A DNA stretch of 64,000 nucleotides from an uncultured Actinomycetes bacterium. Lineage in GTDB: Bacteria > Actinomycetota > Thermoleophilia > Gaiellales > JALYLC01. Both the position numbers and the translations under genes were made by a program. The stretch covers positions 69,713 to 133,712 of the forward strand of contig CAWCFJ010000012.1 of assembly GCA_963794695.1 (NCBI GenBank), read 5' to 3'. The notes beneath the pieces are model-generated. The model saw nothing but the letters and a program-made list of their open reading frames with translations. It was not told where the DNA came from and made no database searches. Below, piece by piece: positions 54,832 through 64,000 of this stretch (its first letter is position 1; every line of letters starts with the position of its first letter).

Positions 54832-56036
54832 CTACCTCCTGGGGTCGCGCCCGTCCGGCCGGACGAGGAAGCGTCCGAACGCGAGCACGCCGCGCGGCGC
54901 GGCGAGCGTCTCGAGGCCGTCGAGCGGGTCGGTGTCGAGCAGGATGAGATCGGCCGCGCTGCCGGGCTGCGGCACCGTCTCGGCGCCGAGGCCGCACAGC
55001 TCCCGGCCGCCGGCGGTGGCCGCCCGAAGCACGGTCAAGCCGGTCGAGGCCGAGCCGCTCGAGCAGGCGCGATCTCGGCGTGCAGCCGCGGGCCGCACGG
55101 GTTCAGGTCGGCGCCGAGGGCCAGCTTCACGCCGGCCGCGTGGCAGGCGAGCACGGCCTCGCCGTGGCCCTTCGAGGTGGCGATCGCCCGCTCCTTCGCG
55201 TGGGCCGGCCACTGGTCGCGCTCCATCAGCTCGACGTCGTGGGTCACGCCGATGGTGGGGACGAGCCAGGTGCCGTGCGCGGCCATGGCCGCCGCCGCCG
55301 ACTCGTCGAGCGCGTAGCCGTGCTCCACCGAGCGGCCGCCGAGCTCCGAGAACCGGATCGCCAGCGCCGATCCGCCGCAGTGGGCCGAGACCGGGACGCC
55401 GCGGTCGTTCGCCGCGGCCAGCACGGCCTGCAGCTCGTCGTCGGCGATCTGGGCGCCGTCGACGGTCTCGTGCGGGCTGTACAGGCCGCCGGTCAGCAGG
55501 ATCTTGACCCAGTCGGCGCCGCCCTCGACGACCTCGCGCACGGCCCGGCGGAACTCGGTCGGCCCGTCGCACACGAGGTCGGCCTTGACGCCGACGTAGG
55601 CGCGCGGATGGGCCGTGCCGTGGCCGCCGGTGGTGCGCAGCGGCTGGCGGGCACAGGACAGGCGGGGGCCGAGCAGCTCGCCCTCCCGGAACGCGCGCGC
55701 CAGGGCCACGTCGATGCCGTCGGCCTCGCCCAGCGCGCGGACGCCGGTGATCCCCATCGAGGCCGCCTGCTGCAGGTTCGCGATCGCCCGCACGGTCCGG
55801 TCGGCGGCACCCTCGAAGTAGCCCGCCGCCGTGCGGTCGTACATCAGCGAGCCCGGGTGGCAGTGCACGTCCCACAGGCCGAAGCAGGCCGTCAGCCCCG
55901 CGGCGTCGACCTCCTCGGGCTCGCGCAGCTCGGCCGGCGCGACGACGCGGCCGCCGGCGATCGCCAGGTCCCGGACCTCGGCCTCGCCGCTGCCGACGTC
56001 GAGCACCCTCGCGCCGCGGATCAGCAGATCGGTCAT
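54832..56036 (-). CDS. amidohydrolase-superfamily enzyme (metal-dependent cyclic amidase/deaminase type); 2 frame switches as read
   Basis: The ATG at 56036 overlaps the ATPase stop (ATGA). MTDLLIRGARVLDV ... GLWDVHCHPG (HxH metal motif) ... VSAHCGG ... C-terminus ...ADLILLDTDPLDGLETL. Switches near 55070 and 55045. Confidence 0.75.
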
Positions 56037-57010
56037 TCGCGTGTGGCCTCCACCGGCACCTCGGGCGGCGCGCCGACCAGGAGCCCGGCCCGACGGCAGG
56101 CGCTGCGCCGGCCGGGCACCGTCTCGGCCAGGGCAACCTCCATCCGGCTGCACTCGGGCTCGGCCAGCGGGCAGCGGGGGACGAACGGGCAGCCCTCCTC
56201 GGGCACGTTCTCGCGCAGCGTCGCGCTGCCGGCGTGCACCTCGGCCTCGGGGTCGGGCTCGAGCGCGGCCAGGAGGAGCGCGCGGGTGTACGGGTGGTGC
56301 GGCTCGTCGCAGACCTGCTCGGTCGAGCCCTCCTCGACGACCCGGCCGGCGTACATCACGACGATCCGGTCGGTCAGGTGGCGCACCACGGCGAGGTCGT
56401 GGGAGATGAACAGCATCGCGATCCCGAGCCGTGTCTGGATGTCCAGGAACAGGTTCAGGATCTGGGCCTGCACCGACACGTCGAGGGCCGAGACCGGCTC
56501 GTCGCACACCAGCAGCGCCGGGTCGAGGGCGATCGCCCGGGCGATGTTGACCCGCTGCAGCTGGCCGCCCGAGAGCTCGTGCGGCCGGCGGCCGGCGAGG
56601 GCCCGGTCGAGCCCGACGGCGTCGAGCAGGTCGAGCACCCGCTCGCGCCGCTCGGTCCGGGAGCCGTGGCCGTGGATGCGCAGCGGCTCGGCGATCGCCC
56701 AGCCGACGCTGCGGCGCGAGTCGAGCGCCAGGAGCGGCTCCTGGAAGACCGCCTGCAGCTGCGGCCCGCACGGCCTTCGAGGCCTTGCGCAGGAGCGCCT
56801 GGCCGCGGAACAGCACCTGGCCGGCGGTCGGCTGGATCAGCCCGAGCGCGAGGTTGGCCACGGTCGACTTGCCCGAGCCGGACTCGCCGACCAGGCCGAC
56901 GACCTCGCCCTCGTCGACGTGCAGCGAGACGTCGCGGCAGGCCACGACCTGCGCGGCCGCGGCCGCTGAACTCCATGCGGACGTCGCTCGAGGGCCAGGA
57001 GCGCGCTCAC
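56033..57010 (-). CDS. peptide-type ABC transporter ATP-binding protein (DppF-like); about 3 frame switches as read
   Basis: The GTG at 57010 overlaps the previous stop (GTGA). Motifs: [36 protein letters not shown] (ORF 56033..56638). Switches near 56985, 56955 and 56775. Confidence 0.75.
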
Positions 57011-57966
57011 GCGGCCTCGCTGCGCGAGACGGGCGCGAGGTGGCAGCTGACCTCGACCGGGCCGAGCGGGCGCAGCGCGGCGCCTCGGTGCGGCAGCGGT
57101 CGACGGCGAAGCGGCAGCGGTTGGCGTACGGGCAGCCGGTCGGCGAGACCTCGCCGGCGCGGCCGACGGCCAGCGGCACCTTGCGCGGGCCGTGCATCCG
57201 CGGCGTGGCCGCCAGCAGGTCCTGGGTGTAGGGGTGCTCGGGGCGCCGCAGGATCGCGCCCGTCGGCCCGCGCTCGACGACCCGCCCGGCGTACAGCACG
57301 AGCGTCTCGGCGGCCATCCGGGCGACGACGCCGAGGTCGTGGGTGATCAGCAGGAGCGACAGCCCCTCCTCGGCCCGCAGCTGGTCGATCAGCGCCAGGA
57401 GCTCGGCCTGGACGGTCGTGTCGAGGGCGCTCGTGGGCTCGTCGGCGATCAGCATCGCCGGGCCGTGGGCCAGGCCGCCGGCGAGCATCGCCCGCTGCAG
57501 CATGCCGCCCGAGAAGTGGTGCGGGTAGTCGTCGAGCCGGTGCTCGGGATCGGGGACGCCGACCCGCCGCAGGTGCTCGACGAGCCGGGCCCGCCGCTGC
57601 TTGCGGGCGTCGCCGCGCAGGCCGTCGAGCAGCTGGGCGGCGAGCGTGCGGCTCGGGTTCCAGGTCGCCCGGGGATCCTGGAAGACCATCGCCAGCCGGT
57701 CGCGGCGGAGCGCCCGCAGCTGCCTTTCCGGGCAGCGCCAGCACGTCCTCGCCGTCGAACCTCACCCGGTCGGCGGACACCTGGGCGTTGGCGTCGAGCA
57801 GCCGCGTGACCGCCAGCGCGGTGCTCGACTTCCCCGAGCCGGACTCGCCGACCAGCGCCAGCGAGCCACGCTCGGGCACCGAGAACGAGACCCCGTCCAC
57901 GGCCGCGCCGGACGCCCCGCGGTAGCGCACCGTCAGGTCCTCGACCTCGAGCATGGCGCCGCTCAC
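57007..57966 (-). CDS. peptide-type ABC transporter ATP-binding protein (DppD-like); 2 frame switches as read
   Basis: The GTG at 57966 overlaps the permease stop (GTGA). [10 protein letters not shown] lies in ORF 57007..57966. The middle ([26 protein letters not shown]) lies in ORF 55035..57689. The C-terminus returns to the first frame. Switches near 57727 and 57075. Confidence 0.78.
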   Translation of the reverse strand: MSGAMLEVEDLTVRYRGASGAAVDGVSFSVPERGSLALVGESGSGKSSTALAVTRLLDANAQVSADRVRFDGEDVLALPGKAAAGAPPRPAGDGLPGSPGDLEPEPHARRPAARRPARRRPQAAAGPARRAPAAGRRPRSRAPARRLPAPLLGRHAAAGDARRRPGPRPGDADRRRAHERPRHDRPGRAPGADRPAAGRGGAVAPADHPRPRRRRPDGRRDARAVRRAGRRARADGRDPAAPRAPLHPGPAGGHAADARPAQGAAGRRPRRRGLADRLPVRQPLPLRRRPLPHRGAALRPLGPVEVSCHLAPVSRSEAA

Positions 57967-58751
57967 CGGCGCTCACCCGCGAGCTCGTCGCCGAGCGTCA
58001 CCATGTAGAGGACGACGGCGAAGATCACCAGGCCAGGGAAGACCGCGTACCACCAGGCGCTGAGGACGTACGTCTGGGCGTTCGAGATCATCAGCCCCCA
58101 CTCCGGGCTCGGCGTCTGGGCTCCCAGGCCGAGGAAGGACAGGCCGGTCAGGGCGATCAGGGCGTAGCCGATGTCGACCGTCACCCGCGCGTTCAGCTGG
58201 GCGATGGTGTGCGGCAGGACGTGCCAGCGCAGGATCTGGGTCGAGCTCGCCCCGAGCGTGCGCGCCGCCCGCACGTGCAGCTGGTTCTTGAGCGACAGCA
58301 CCTGCCCGCGGATCATGCGGGCGTACGACGGCCACCAGACGATGATCAGGGCGATCACCGCGCTGCGCATGTCACGGCCGATCGAGGCGGCCACGGCCAT
58401 CGCCAGCACCAGGTAGGGGAAGGCCAGGAAGACGTCGACGATCCGCATCAGGATGCGATCGACGAGCCCGCCGGTCCAGCCTGCGATGGCGCCGTAGAGC
58501 GTGCCGAACCCGGAGGCCACGCCGATCACGATCAGGGCCGAGCCGACCGACATGCGGGCGCCGTAGGCCAGCCGGGCGAGGATGTCGCGCCCCGCCTCGT
58601 CGGTGCCGAAGAGGTGCTCGCGACTCGGGCCGAGCAGCCGGTCGGGCACGTTCAGGGTGTACGGCCCCGAGCCCACGAAGAGCCCCGGATGCACGAGCTC
58701 GGCCAGCAGGCAGAGCCCCAGCACGGCCAGGACGGCGCGCTTGACCGTCAC
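57963..58751 (-). CDS. ABC transporter permease (DppC-like)
   Basis: The GTG at 58751 overlaps the upstream stop (GTGA); intact, 262 aa. Motifs: HLFGTDEAGRDILARLAYGARMS and LHVRAARTLGASSTQILRWHVLPH. Confidence 0.85.
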   Translation of the reverse strand: MTVKRAVLAVLGLCLLAELVHPGLFVGSGPYTLNVPDRLLGPSREHLFGTDEAGRDILARLAYGARMSVGSALIVIGVASGFGTLYGAIAGWTGGLVDRILMRIVDVFLAFPYLVLAMAVAASIGRDMRSAVIALIIVWWPSYARMIRGQVLSLKNQLHVRAARTLGASSTQILRWHVLPHTIAQLNARVTVDIGYALIALTGLSFLGLGAQTPSPEWGLMISNAQTYVLSAWWYAVFPGLVIFAVVLYMVTLGDELAGERR

Positions 58752-59850
58752 CGCTCGTCCCTGAGGCGGGGATCGAGCACCGGGTAGAGCAGCCCGACCA
58801 GCTCGTTGACCAGGACGAAGGTGATCGTGGTGACGATCGTGATCGCCAGGATCGGGTTGTAGTCGAAGGTCCGGAACGCGTTGTAGGCGTACAGCCCGAG
58901 GCCCGGCCAGGAGAACACGATCTCGACCAGGATCGTGCCGCCGAGCAGCCAGCCGAACTGCAGGCCGAGCACCGTGATGACCGGGTTCATGGCGTTGCGC
59001 AGGGCGTCGACCAGGACGACCCGGGTCTCGCCGGCCCCGCGCGCCCGGGCACCGCGGACGTACGGGCGCCCGAAGCTCGGTGGTCATCGATGCCCGGGTG
59101 AGCCGCGTGGCGATGGCCAGCTGGCTCAGGATCAGCGCGATCACCGGCAGCACCATGTGCGACAGGGCGCTCTGGAAGGCGCCGAGGTTGCCCGCCAGCA
59201 GCGCGTCGACGGTGGTGAAGCCGGTGTGGCGCTGCACGTGCTCGGCCGTGTAGTCCATCGTCCCCGAGATCGGGAACCAGCCCAGCTTGAACCCGAGCGA
59301 CACCTGCAGCACCAGCGCGATCCAGAACACCGGGATGGCGGCGCCGGCGACCGCCAGGAGGCCGATCACCTTGCTCGAGACTGCCACGCGGCTTGACGGC
59401 CCACAGCACGCCCAGGGACACGCCGACGATGACGTACACCACGAACGCCGAGATGACCAGCTCGAGCGTCGCCGGCAGGAACGTCCAGAGGTCGGACGAC
59501 ACGTTCTGCCGTGTCTGGATCGACTTCCCGAGGTCGAACCGGGCGACGCCCGAGATGTAGTGCCAGTACTGGGTCAGCAAGGGCTGGTCGAGCCCGAGCA
59601 GGTGCCTGACCTGTGCCACCTGCTCGGGCCCGGCCTGCAGGCCCGCGGCCAGGCGCGCGGGGTCGGCCGGGACCACGCGCGAGAGCACGAAGGTGAGCGA
59701 GACCGCGGCCCAGACCACCAGCAGGAGCCAGGCCAGGCGCGAGACGATCCCCACCGCGATGCGAGTGGCACGCCCTGCGCCCGCCGCCCGCCGGAGCAAG
59801 GGGGCGGACGGCGGTTGCAGGGGGGGAGCACCCAGCTCGGCCTGGCTCAT
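58748..59850 (-). CDS. ABC transporter permease (DppB-like); 2 frame switches as read
   Basis: ATG at 59850. Segments lie in ORFs 58987..59937, 57963..59387 and 58748..58990 (...WPGLGLYAYNAFRTFDYNPILA...DPRLRDER). Switches near 59390 and 59075. Confidence 0.75.
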
Positions 59851-59864
59851 CTCACGTCCTGGTG

Positions 59865-61476
59865 CTAGCTCGTCTTGCGTGCGTAGAAGAAGCGCACGAC
59901 GTAGTCGTAGTCGAGGTTCTCGTAGGTGACGTTCCACTCCTTGCGCACCGGCTGGGCCAGGAGCGGCTGGGCCACGTACAGGGCCAGGTGCATGTCGGCG
60001 ATCTTCTTGTCGAGCGCGGCCACCGCGGCGTCACGCGTGGCGGCGTCCTTGATCGTCGACAGGCGCGAGATCTCGCTGTCGATCTTCGGGTCGGAGTAGT
60101 ACGACCAGTTGTAGCCACCCTTGTCGGCCAGGCTGCTGGTGGCGTACGAGCTCGACAGCATGTACGTCGGGTCGTTGGTCAGCGGCGACTGGTTGAGGAA
60201 GCTCATCGACTTCGACGTGTCGCGCTTCGACATGATCTCGACCATCTGCGGCCACGGGACCAGCGTCTGCTCGACCTTGATCCCGATCTGCTGCAGGCTC
60301 GACTGCAGGAGCGTCCCGGTGAACTCCTCGTACGACAGGCCCTTGAGCCCGAGGTAGGAGAGCGTGAAGCCGCTGCGCGTAGCCGGCCTGGGACATGAGC
60401 GTCTTGGCCTTGGCCACGTCGGTCTTCAGCAGCGGGAGCTTCGCCAGCTCCGGGCTGAACTTCGAGGGCAGCGGGCCGCTCGCGCCGGTGGCGTAGCCCT
60501 TGTAGAACTGCTGCATGCTCTTGTAGTCGAAGGCCAGGGCGATCGCCTCACGCACCCGCGGGTCCTTCAGCGGGCCGCTGGTGACGTTGAGCGGCACGGT
60601 CTGCACGAGGTACGACGGCGACTTGACCAGCTTGACGCCGCTCAGCTTGGCGGCCGTGGCCGAGTCGTCGGGCCCGACGGCGCCCATCATGTCGATCTGG
60701 CCGCGCGCCAGCAGCTGCAGCGCGGTCTGGACGTCCGGGTCGACGCGCAGCTTGACGATCGTCGGCGTGCCGGTCTGGAACGGCCGCCAGTAGCCCGCGT
60801 ACTTCTTCAGGTTGATGGCGGAGTTCCGCTGCCACGAGTCGAGCTGGTACGGGCCGGTGCCGGCGGAGTGCGTGCCGAACCACTTCGTGGCCCACTTGTC
60901 AGACGCCGTCTTGTGGGCGTTGATCGCCTGGGCGCTCACGATCGGGAGCTTCGGCAGCTTGCCCAGGAAGTAGACGTCGGGCTGCTTCAGCTTGATCACC
61001 AGGGTGTTCGCGCCCTTGGCGGTGGTCGAGACGACGTTGGCCATCAGCGTCGCCGGGCCCTGGTTGACGCCCTTCATGCGGTCGAGGCCGAGCTTGGCGG
61101 CGGCGGCGTTGAACGGCGAGCCGTCCTGGAACTTGACGCCCGTGCGCAGCGTGAAGGTGTAGGTCAGGCCGTCCGGCGACACCTTCCAGCTCGTGGCCAG
61201 CAGCGGGCGCACGTTGACGCCGCCGGGCACGTACTCGAGCAGGCCCTCGTAGACGTTGCGGACGAACTCGAAGCCGTCCGAGGAGAACGCGACCGCCGGA
61301 TCCAGCGTGGGCGTCTCGGCGATGTTCGAGAAGCTCACCGAGATGTCCGATGCTCGCTTCGCTCCGGTGGCCGCGTCACGCAGCGGCGTGGCCGACGCCG
61401 CCGTCGCGCAGGCCAGGGCGAGCACCACGGCGCCAAGCGCCGAGCGCCGCCTTCTGGTCCTCGTGTCCCGTGTCAT
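59865..61476 (-). CDS. ABC transporter substrate-binding protein, family 5; 1 frame switch as read
   Basis: The ATG at 61476 overlaps the hyuB stop (ATGA). Signal peptide MTRDTRTRRRRSALGAVVLALACATAASA. The body lies in ORF 60031..61839 and the C-terminus in ORF 59865..60245. Switch near 60385. Confidence 0.8.
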
Positions 61477-63149
61477 CTCCCAACCCCTTTCTGGTCCCCC
61501 TCGGACCGCCCAACGTAGCCGTCCAGCACGTCCTGCTCGAGCGCGTCGGGGTCGCGCTCGGCAGGGTCGCCGTAGCCACCGCCGCCGCCGGTTCGCACGG
61601 TGATGCGCGAGCCTGCCGGCAGCGGGAGCCGGTTGACCTTGAGGATCTCCTGCGGCCCGTCGCCGCGATCGACGAGGACGCTGGTCTTCGCGCCGTCCTC
61701 GCCGCCGAACAGCCCCTGCCCCGGGGTGAGCGTGCGCTCGAACCAGAGCGACACGCCGATGTCTGCGGCCAGCGTCTCGTACTCGCGCTCGACGCCGAGC
61801 CCGCCGCGGGTCCGCCCCGCGCCGCCCGAGCCCTCCCACAGCCCGTAGCCGTGGACGCGGATCGGGTAGAGCGACTCGATGACCTCGACGGGGAAGTTCT
61901 TGAGGTCACCGCCGCCGTAGTTGATGAGGCCGTTGGTGCCGTCGCCCTGGGCGTACGCGCCCCAGCCGACGGCCGTCGCCTCGCCGCACACGAACTGCGC
62001 GCCGCTCCGTGCGTGGTGGCCCGTGAACATGATGTTCATCGGATCCGCCGGCTGCCCGGCGACGACCACGTCGGGCAGCGCCGAGGCGAGCGCCCGCATC
62101 GTCAGGTCGATCATCAGCCCGAGGTGCGGGTAGTAGTACTGGCACGCCGCCGGCTCCCGGGCGTCGAACACCGAGCCGGGCTCGGCGATCACCCGGAAGT
62201 TCCTGAACGTCCCGCCGGTCACCGGGGTGTCCGGGTTGAACAGGAACTTGAACAGCAGGCGGGCGCCCGAGATCGTCTGGGCCAGGCCGCAGTTGAGGCA
62301 GCCGCCGGTCTGCGGGCTCGACCCGGTGAGGTCGAGGGTGAGCTCGTCGCCGGCGACCGTGATCGACACCTTGACGGGCACGGGCGAGCCGCCCGGCCGG
62401 TCGGAGTCGAGGTGGCCGAACGCCTCGTAGGTGCCGTCGGGCACCCGGGCCACGGCCTCGCGGTCGAGCCGCTCGCACTGGTCGAAGATCGAGCGGGCGG
62501 CCTCGCGCACGACGTCGGCGCCGAAGCGCGTGTACAGCGCCGAGAGCTGCTGCTCGCCCGTCCGGCAGGCCGCGATCTGGGCGTGCATGTCACCCCAGAT
62601 GGAGCGGCCGAGCCGGCTGTTGCGGGTCAGGAAGTCGATCGTCTCGCTGGCCGGCTGGCCCTCGACGTACAGGTGGGTCGGCCCGATCCGGTAGCCCTCC
62701 TGGTAGATCTCGGTCGAGTCCATCGCCTGGCTCGGATCCTTGGCCCCGATGTCGAGCCAGTGGGCCTTCGAGGCGCAGAACCCGATCAGCTCGCCCTCGT
62801 GGAAGACCGGCGAGAAGACCGAGACGTCGTTCAGGTGGCTGCCGGTGAGGTAGCTGTCGTTGACCGCGTAGACGTCGCCCGGCCGGTAGACCTCGATCCC
62901 GCCGAAGTGCTCGGTGGTGACCTCGATCGCCGCCTCGAGGTTGCCCAGGAAGATGGGCAGGCCGGGTGCCTGGCCGAGCAGCCGCGCGTCGGCGTCGAAG
63001 ATGCCGACCGAGCAGTCCTTCATCTCGTAGATGATCGGCGTGTAGGCCGAGCGGGCCAGGTTGTTGTTCATCTGCGCCGCGATCGAGTTGAACGCGTTGC
63101 GGATGACCTCGACGGTGACCGGGTCGACGGTGACGGTCTCAGCGGCCAA
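61473..63149 (-). CDS. hyuB: hydantoinase B/oxoprolinase family protein (second copy, intact)
   Basis: TTG at 63149 with a GGAG upstream, inside ORF 61473..63941. DPVTVEVIRNAFNSIAAQMNNNLARSAYTPIIYEMKDCSVGIFDA ... GSHLNDVSVFSPVF ... GGGGGYGDP. About 558 aa without interruption. Confidence 0.88.
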   Translation of the reverse strand: MAAETVTVDPVTVEVIRNAFNSIAAQMNNNLARSAYTPIIYEMKDCSVGIFDADARLLGQAPGLPIFLGNLEAAIEVTTEHFGGIEVYRPGDVYAVNDSYLTGSHLNDVSVFSPVFHEGELIGFCASKAHWLDIGAKDPSQAMDSTEIYQEGYRIGPTHLYVEGQPASETIDFLTRNSRLGRSIWGDMHAQIAACRTGEQQLSALYTRFGADVVREAARSIFDQCERLDREAVARVPDGTYEAFGHLDSDRPGGSPVPVKVSITVAGDELTLDLTGSSPQTGGCLNCGLAQTISGARLLFKFLFNPDTPVTGGTFRNFRVIAEPGSVFDAREPAACQYYYPHLGLMIDLTMRALASALPDVVVAGQPADPMNIMFTGHHARSGAQFVCGEATAVGWGAYAQGDGTNGLINYGGGDLKNFPVEVIESLYPIRVHGYGLWEGSGGAGRTRGGLGVEREYETLAADIGVSLWFERTLTPGQGLFGGEDGAKTSVLVDRGDGPQEILKVNRLPLPAGSRITVRTGGGGGYGDPAERDPDALEQDVLDGYVGRSEGDQKGVGR

Positions 63150-64000
63150 TGCGAGTCGCTCCGAAGCGTCAGGTGCCCGCGCTCGGACACGGTTCCCGAC
63201 CAGCCCGGGGGCACGGCCACGGTGCAGGCGTCCTCGATCAGGATCGCCGGGCCCGCGAGCCGTGCCGCGGCGCCGAGGTCGGCGCGGCGGTACACGGGCG
63301 TGTCGTGCCAGTCGCCGCCGAACAGGGTGCGCGAGCGCGCCACCGGCTCGGCCGTCGCGGCCGTTCTCGATCCCGGTCGCAGGCACCGGTCCGAGCCGTC
63401 CGAAGGCCGCCAGGCGCAGGTTCACGCACTCGACCTCCTCGCCCGGGTTGTTGTGCCCGTAGCGGTCGAGGTGCGCGGCGGCGAAGGCCGACGGCAGGCG
63501 CTGCAGCACGGCCGCCGGGTCGTCGTCGAGCGCCCACGGCACGCTCACGGCGTACTCCTGGCCGCGGTAGCGCAGGTCGGCGGAGGGCACGAGCTCGACG
63601 TCGGCGTCCTCCACCCCGTCCTCGCGCAGGAGCTCGCGGCCGCGGGCGGCGAGCTCGTCGACGGCAGCCGTCAGGGCGTCGGGCGCGAGCGCCGGCAGCG
63701 GGACGAAGAAGTTCTGCACCAGGTCGTGCCGGGTGTCGGTGTGCAGCATCCCCCAGGCCGAGAGCACGCCCGGGTTGGCCGGGATGACGACCTGGCCGAT
63801 CTGCAGCTCCTCGGCGATGGCCGCGGCGTGCAGGGGTCCGGCGCCGCCGAAGGCCAGGAGCGCGAAGCCGCGCGGGTCGATGCCGCGGGCCACGGTGATC
63901 TCGCGGATGGCGTTGGCCATCGCCGCGTCGACCACCGCCACGATGCCGCTGGCGGCGCCGAGGCGGTCGAGCCCGAGCTGCTCGCCGAGCTCCTCGACGG
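63139..64000 (-). CDS. hyuA: hydantoinase/oxoprolinase A family protein, 3' part (gene continues beyond the window); at least 1 frame switch, terminus unresolved
   Basis: ...AIREITVARGIDPRGFALLAFGGAGPLHAAAIAEELQIG ... ADLRYRGQEY ... is HyuA C-terminal-half sequence. A switch near 63352 leads into ORF 63068..63343 (TLFGGDWHDTPVYRRADLG...). No stop occurs at the expected end; an out-of-frame TGA lies at 63139-63141. Confidence 0.75.

Overview
About 64 kb of high-GC (roughly 70% or more by eye) actinobacterial-type chromosome. It is almost entirely coding and dominated by uptake and catabolism genes. I recognised no rRNA, tRNA, CRISPR array, transposase or integrase. Layout: (i) 1-6.7 kb: an SDR, a leaderless PG-binding/NlpC-P60 hydrolase, a FUSC-type membrane protein, and a MocR regulator divergent from an MFS transporter. 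(ii) 6.7-17.0 kb, minus strand: an operon hyuA-hyuB-SBP-permease-permease-ATPase-ATPase-hydantoin racemase-cupin. (iii) 17.2-22.7 kb, plus strand, divergent from (ii): class-III aminotransferase, ATP-NAD-kinase-like protein, and a two-subunit glycine-dehydrogenase-like P protein. (iv) 22.7-24.3 kb: unassigned DNA plus a decayed hypothetical gene. (v) 24.3-30.3 kb: an in-frame tandem double IclR regulator, a Tat-signal flavin amine oxidase, a small protein and three tandem SDR genes. (vi) 30.3-31.1 kb: a decayed RHH/DUF433 plus DUF5615 toxin-antitoxin pair. (vii) 31.3-38.4 kb: a polar amino-acid ABC importer, OoxA/OoxB-like flavoenzymes, a DapA-family protein and a VOC protein. (viii) 38.5-42.5 kb: a ~1300-aa secreted BNR-propeller/DUF11 protein broken by about 20 frame switches. 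(ix) 43.2-45.9 kb: a GH63-like hydrolase. (x) 46.0-64.0 kb, minus strand: two more peptide-type ABC importers with two DUF1028 genes, a 2Fe-2S protein, an M24 peptidase, an amidohydrolase and a second hyuA-hyuB pair. The most striking global property is that roughly half of the genes can only be read by switching frame one or more times (about 70-80 switches by manual count), and these switches are unevenly distributed. All product calls come from motif and family recognition by eye; no database search was run.
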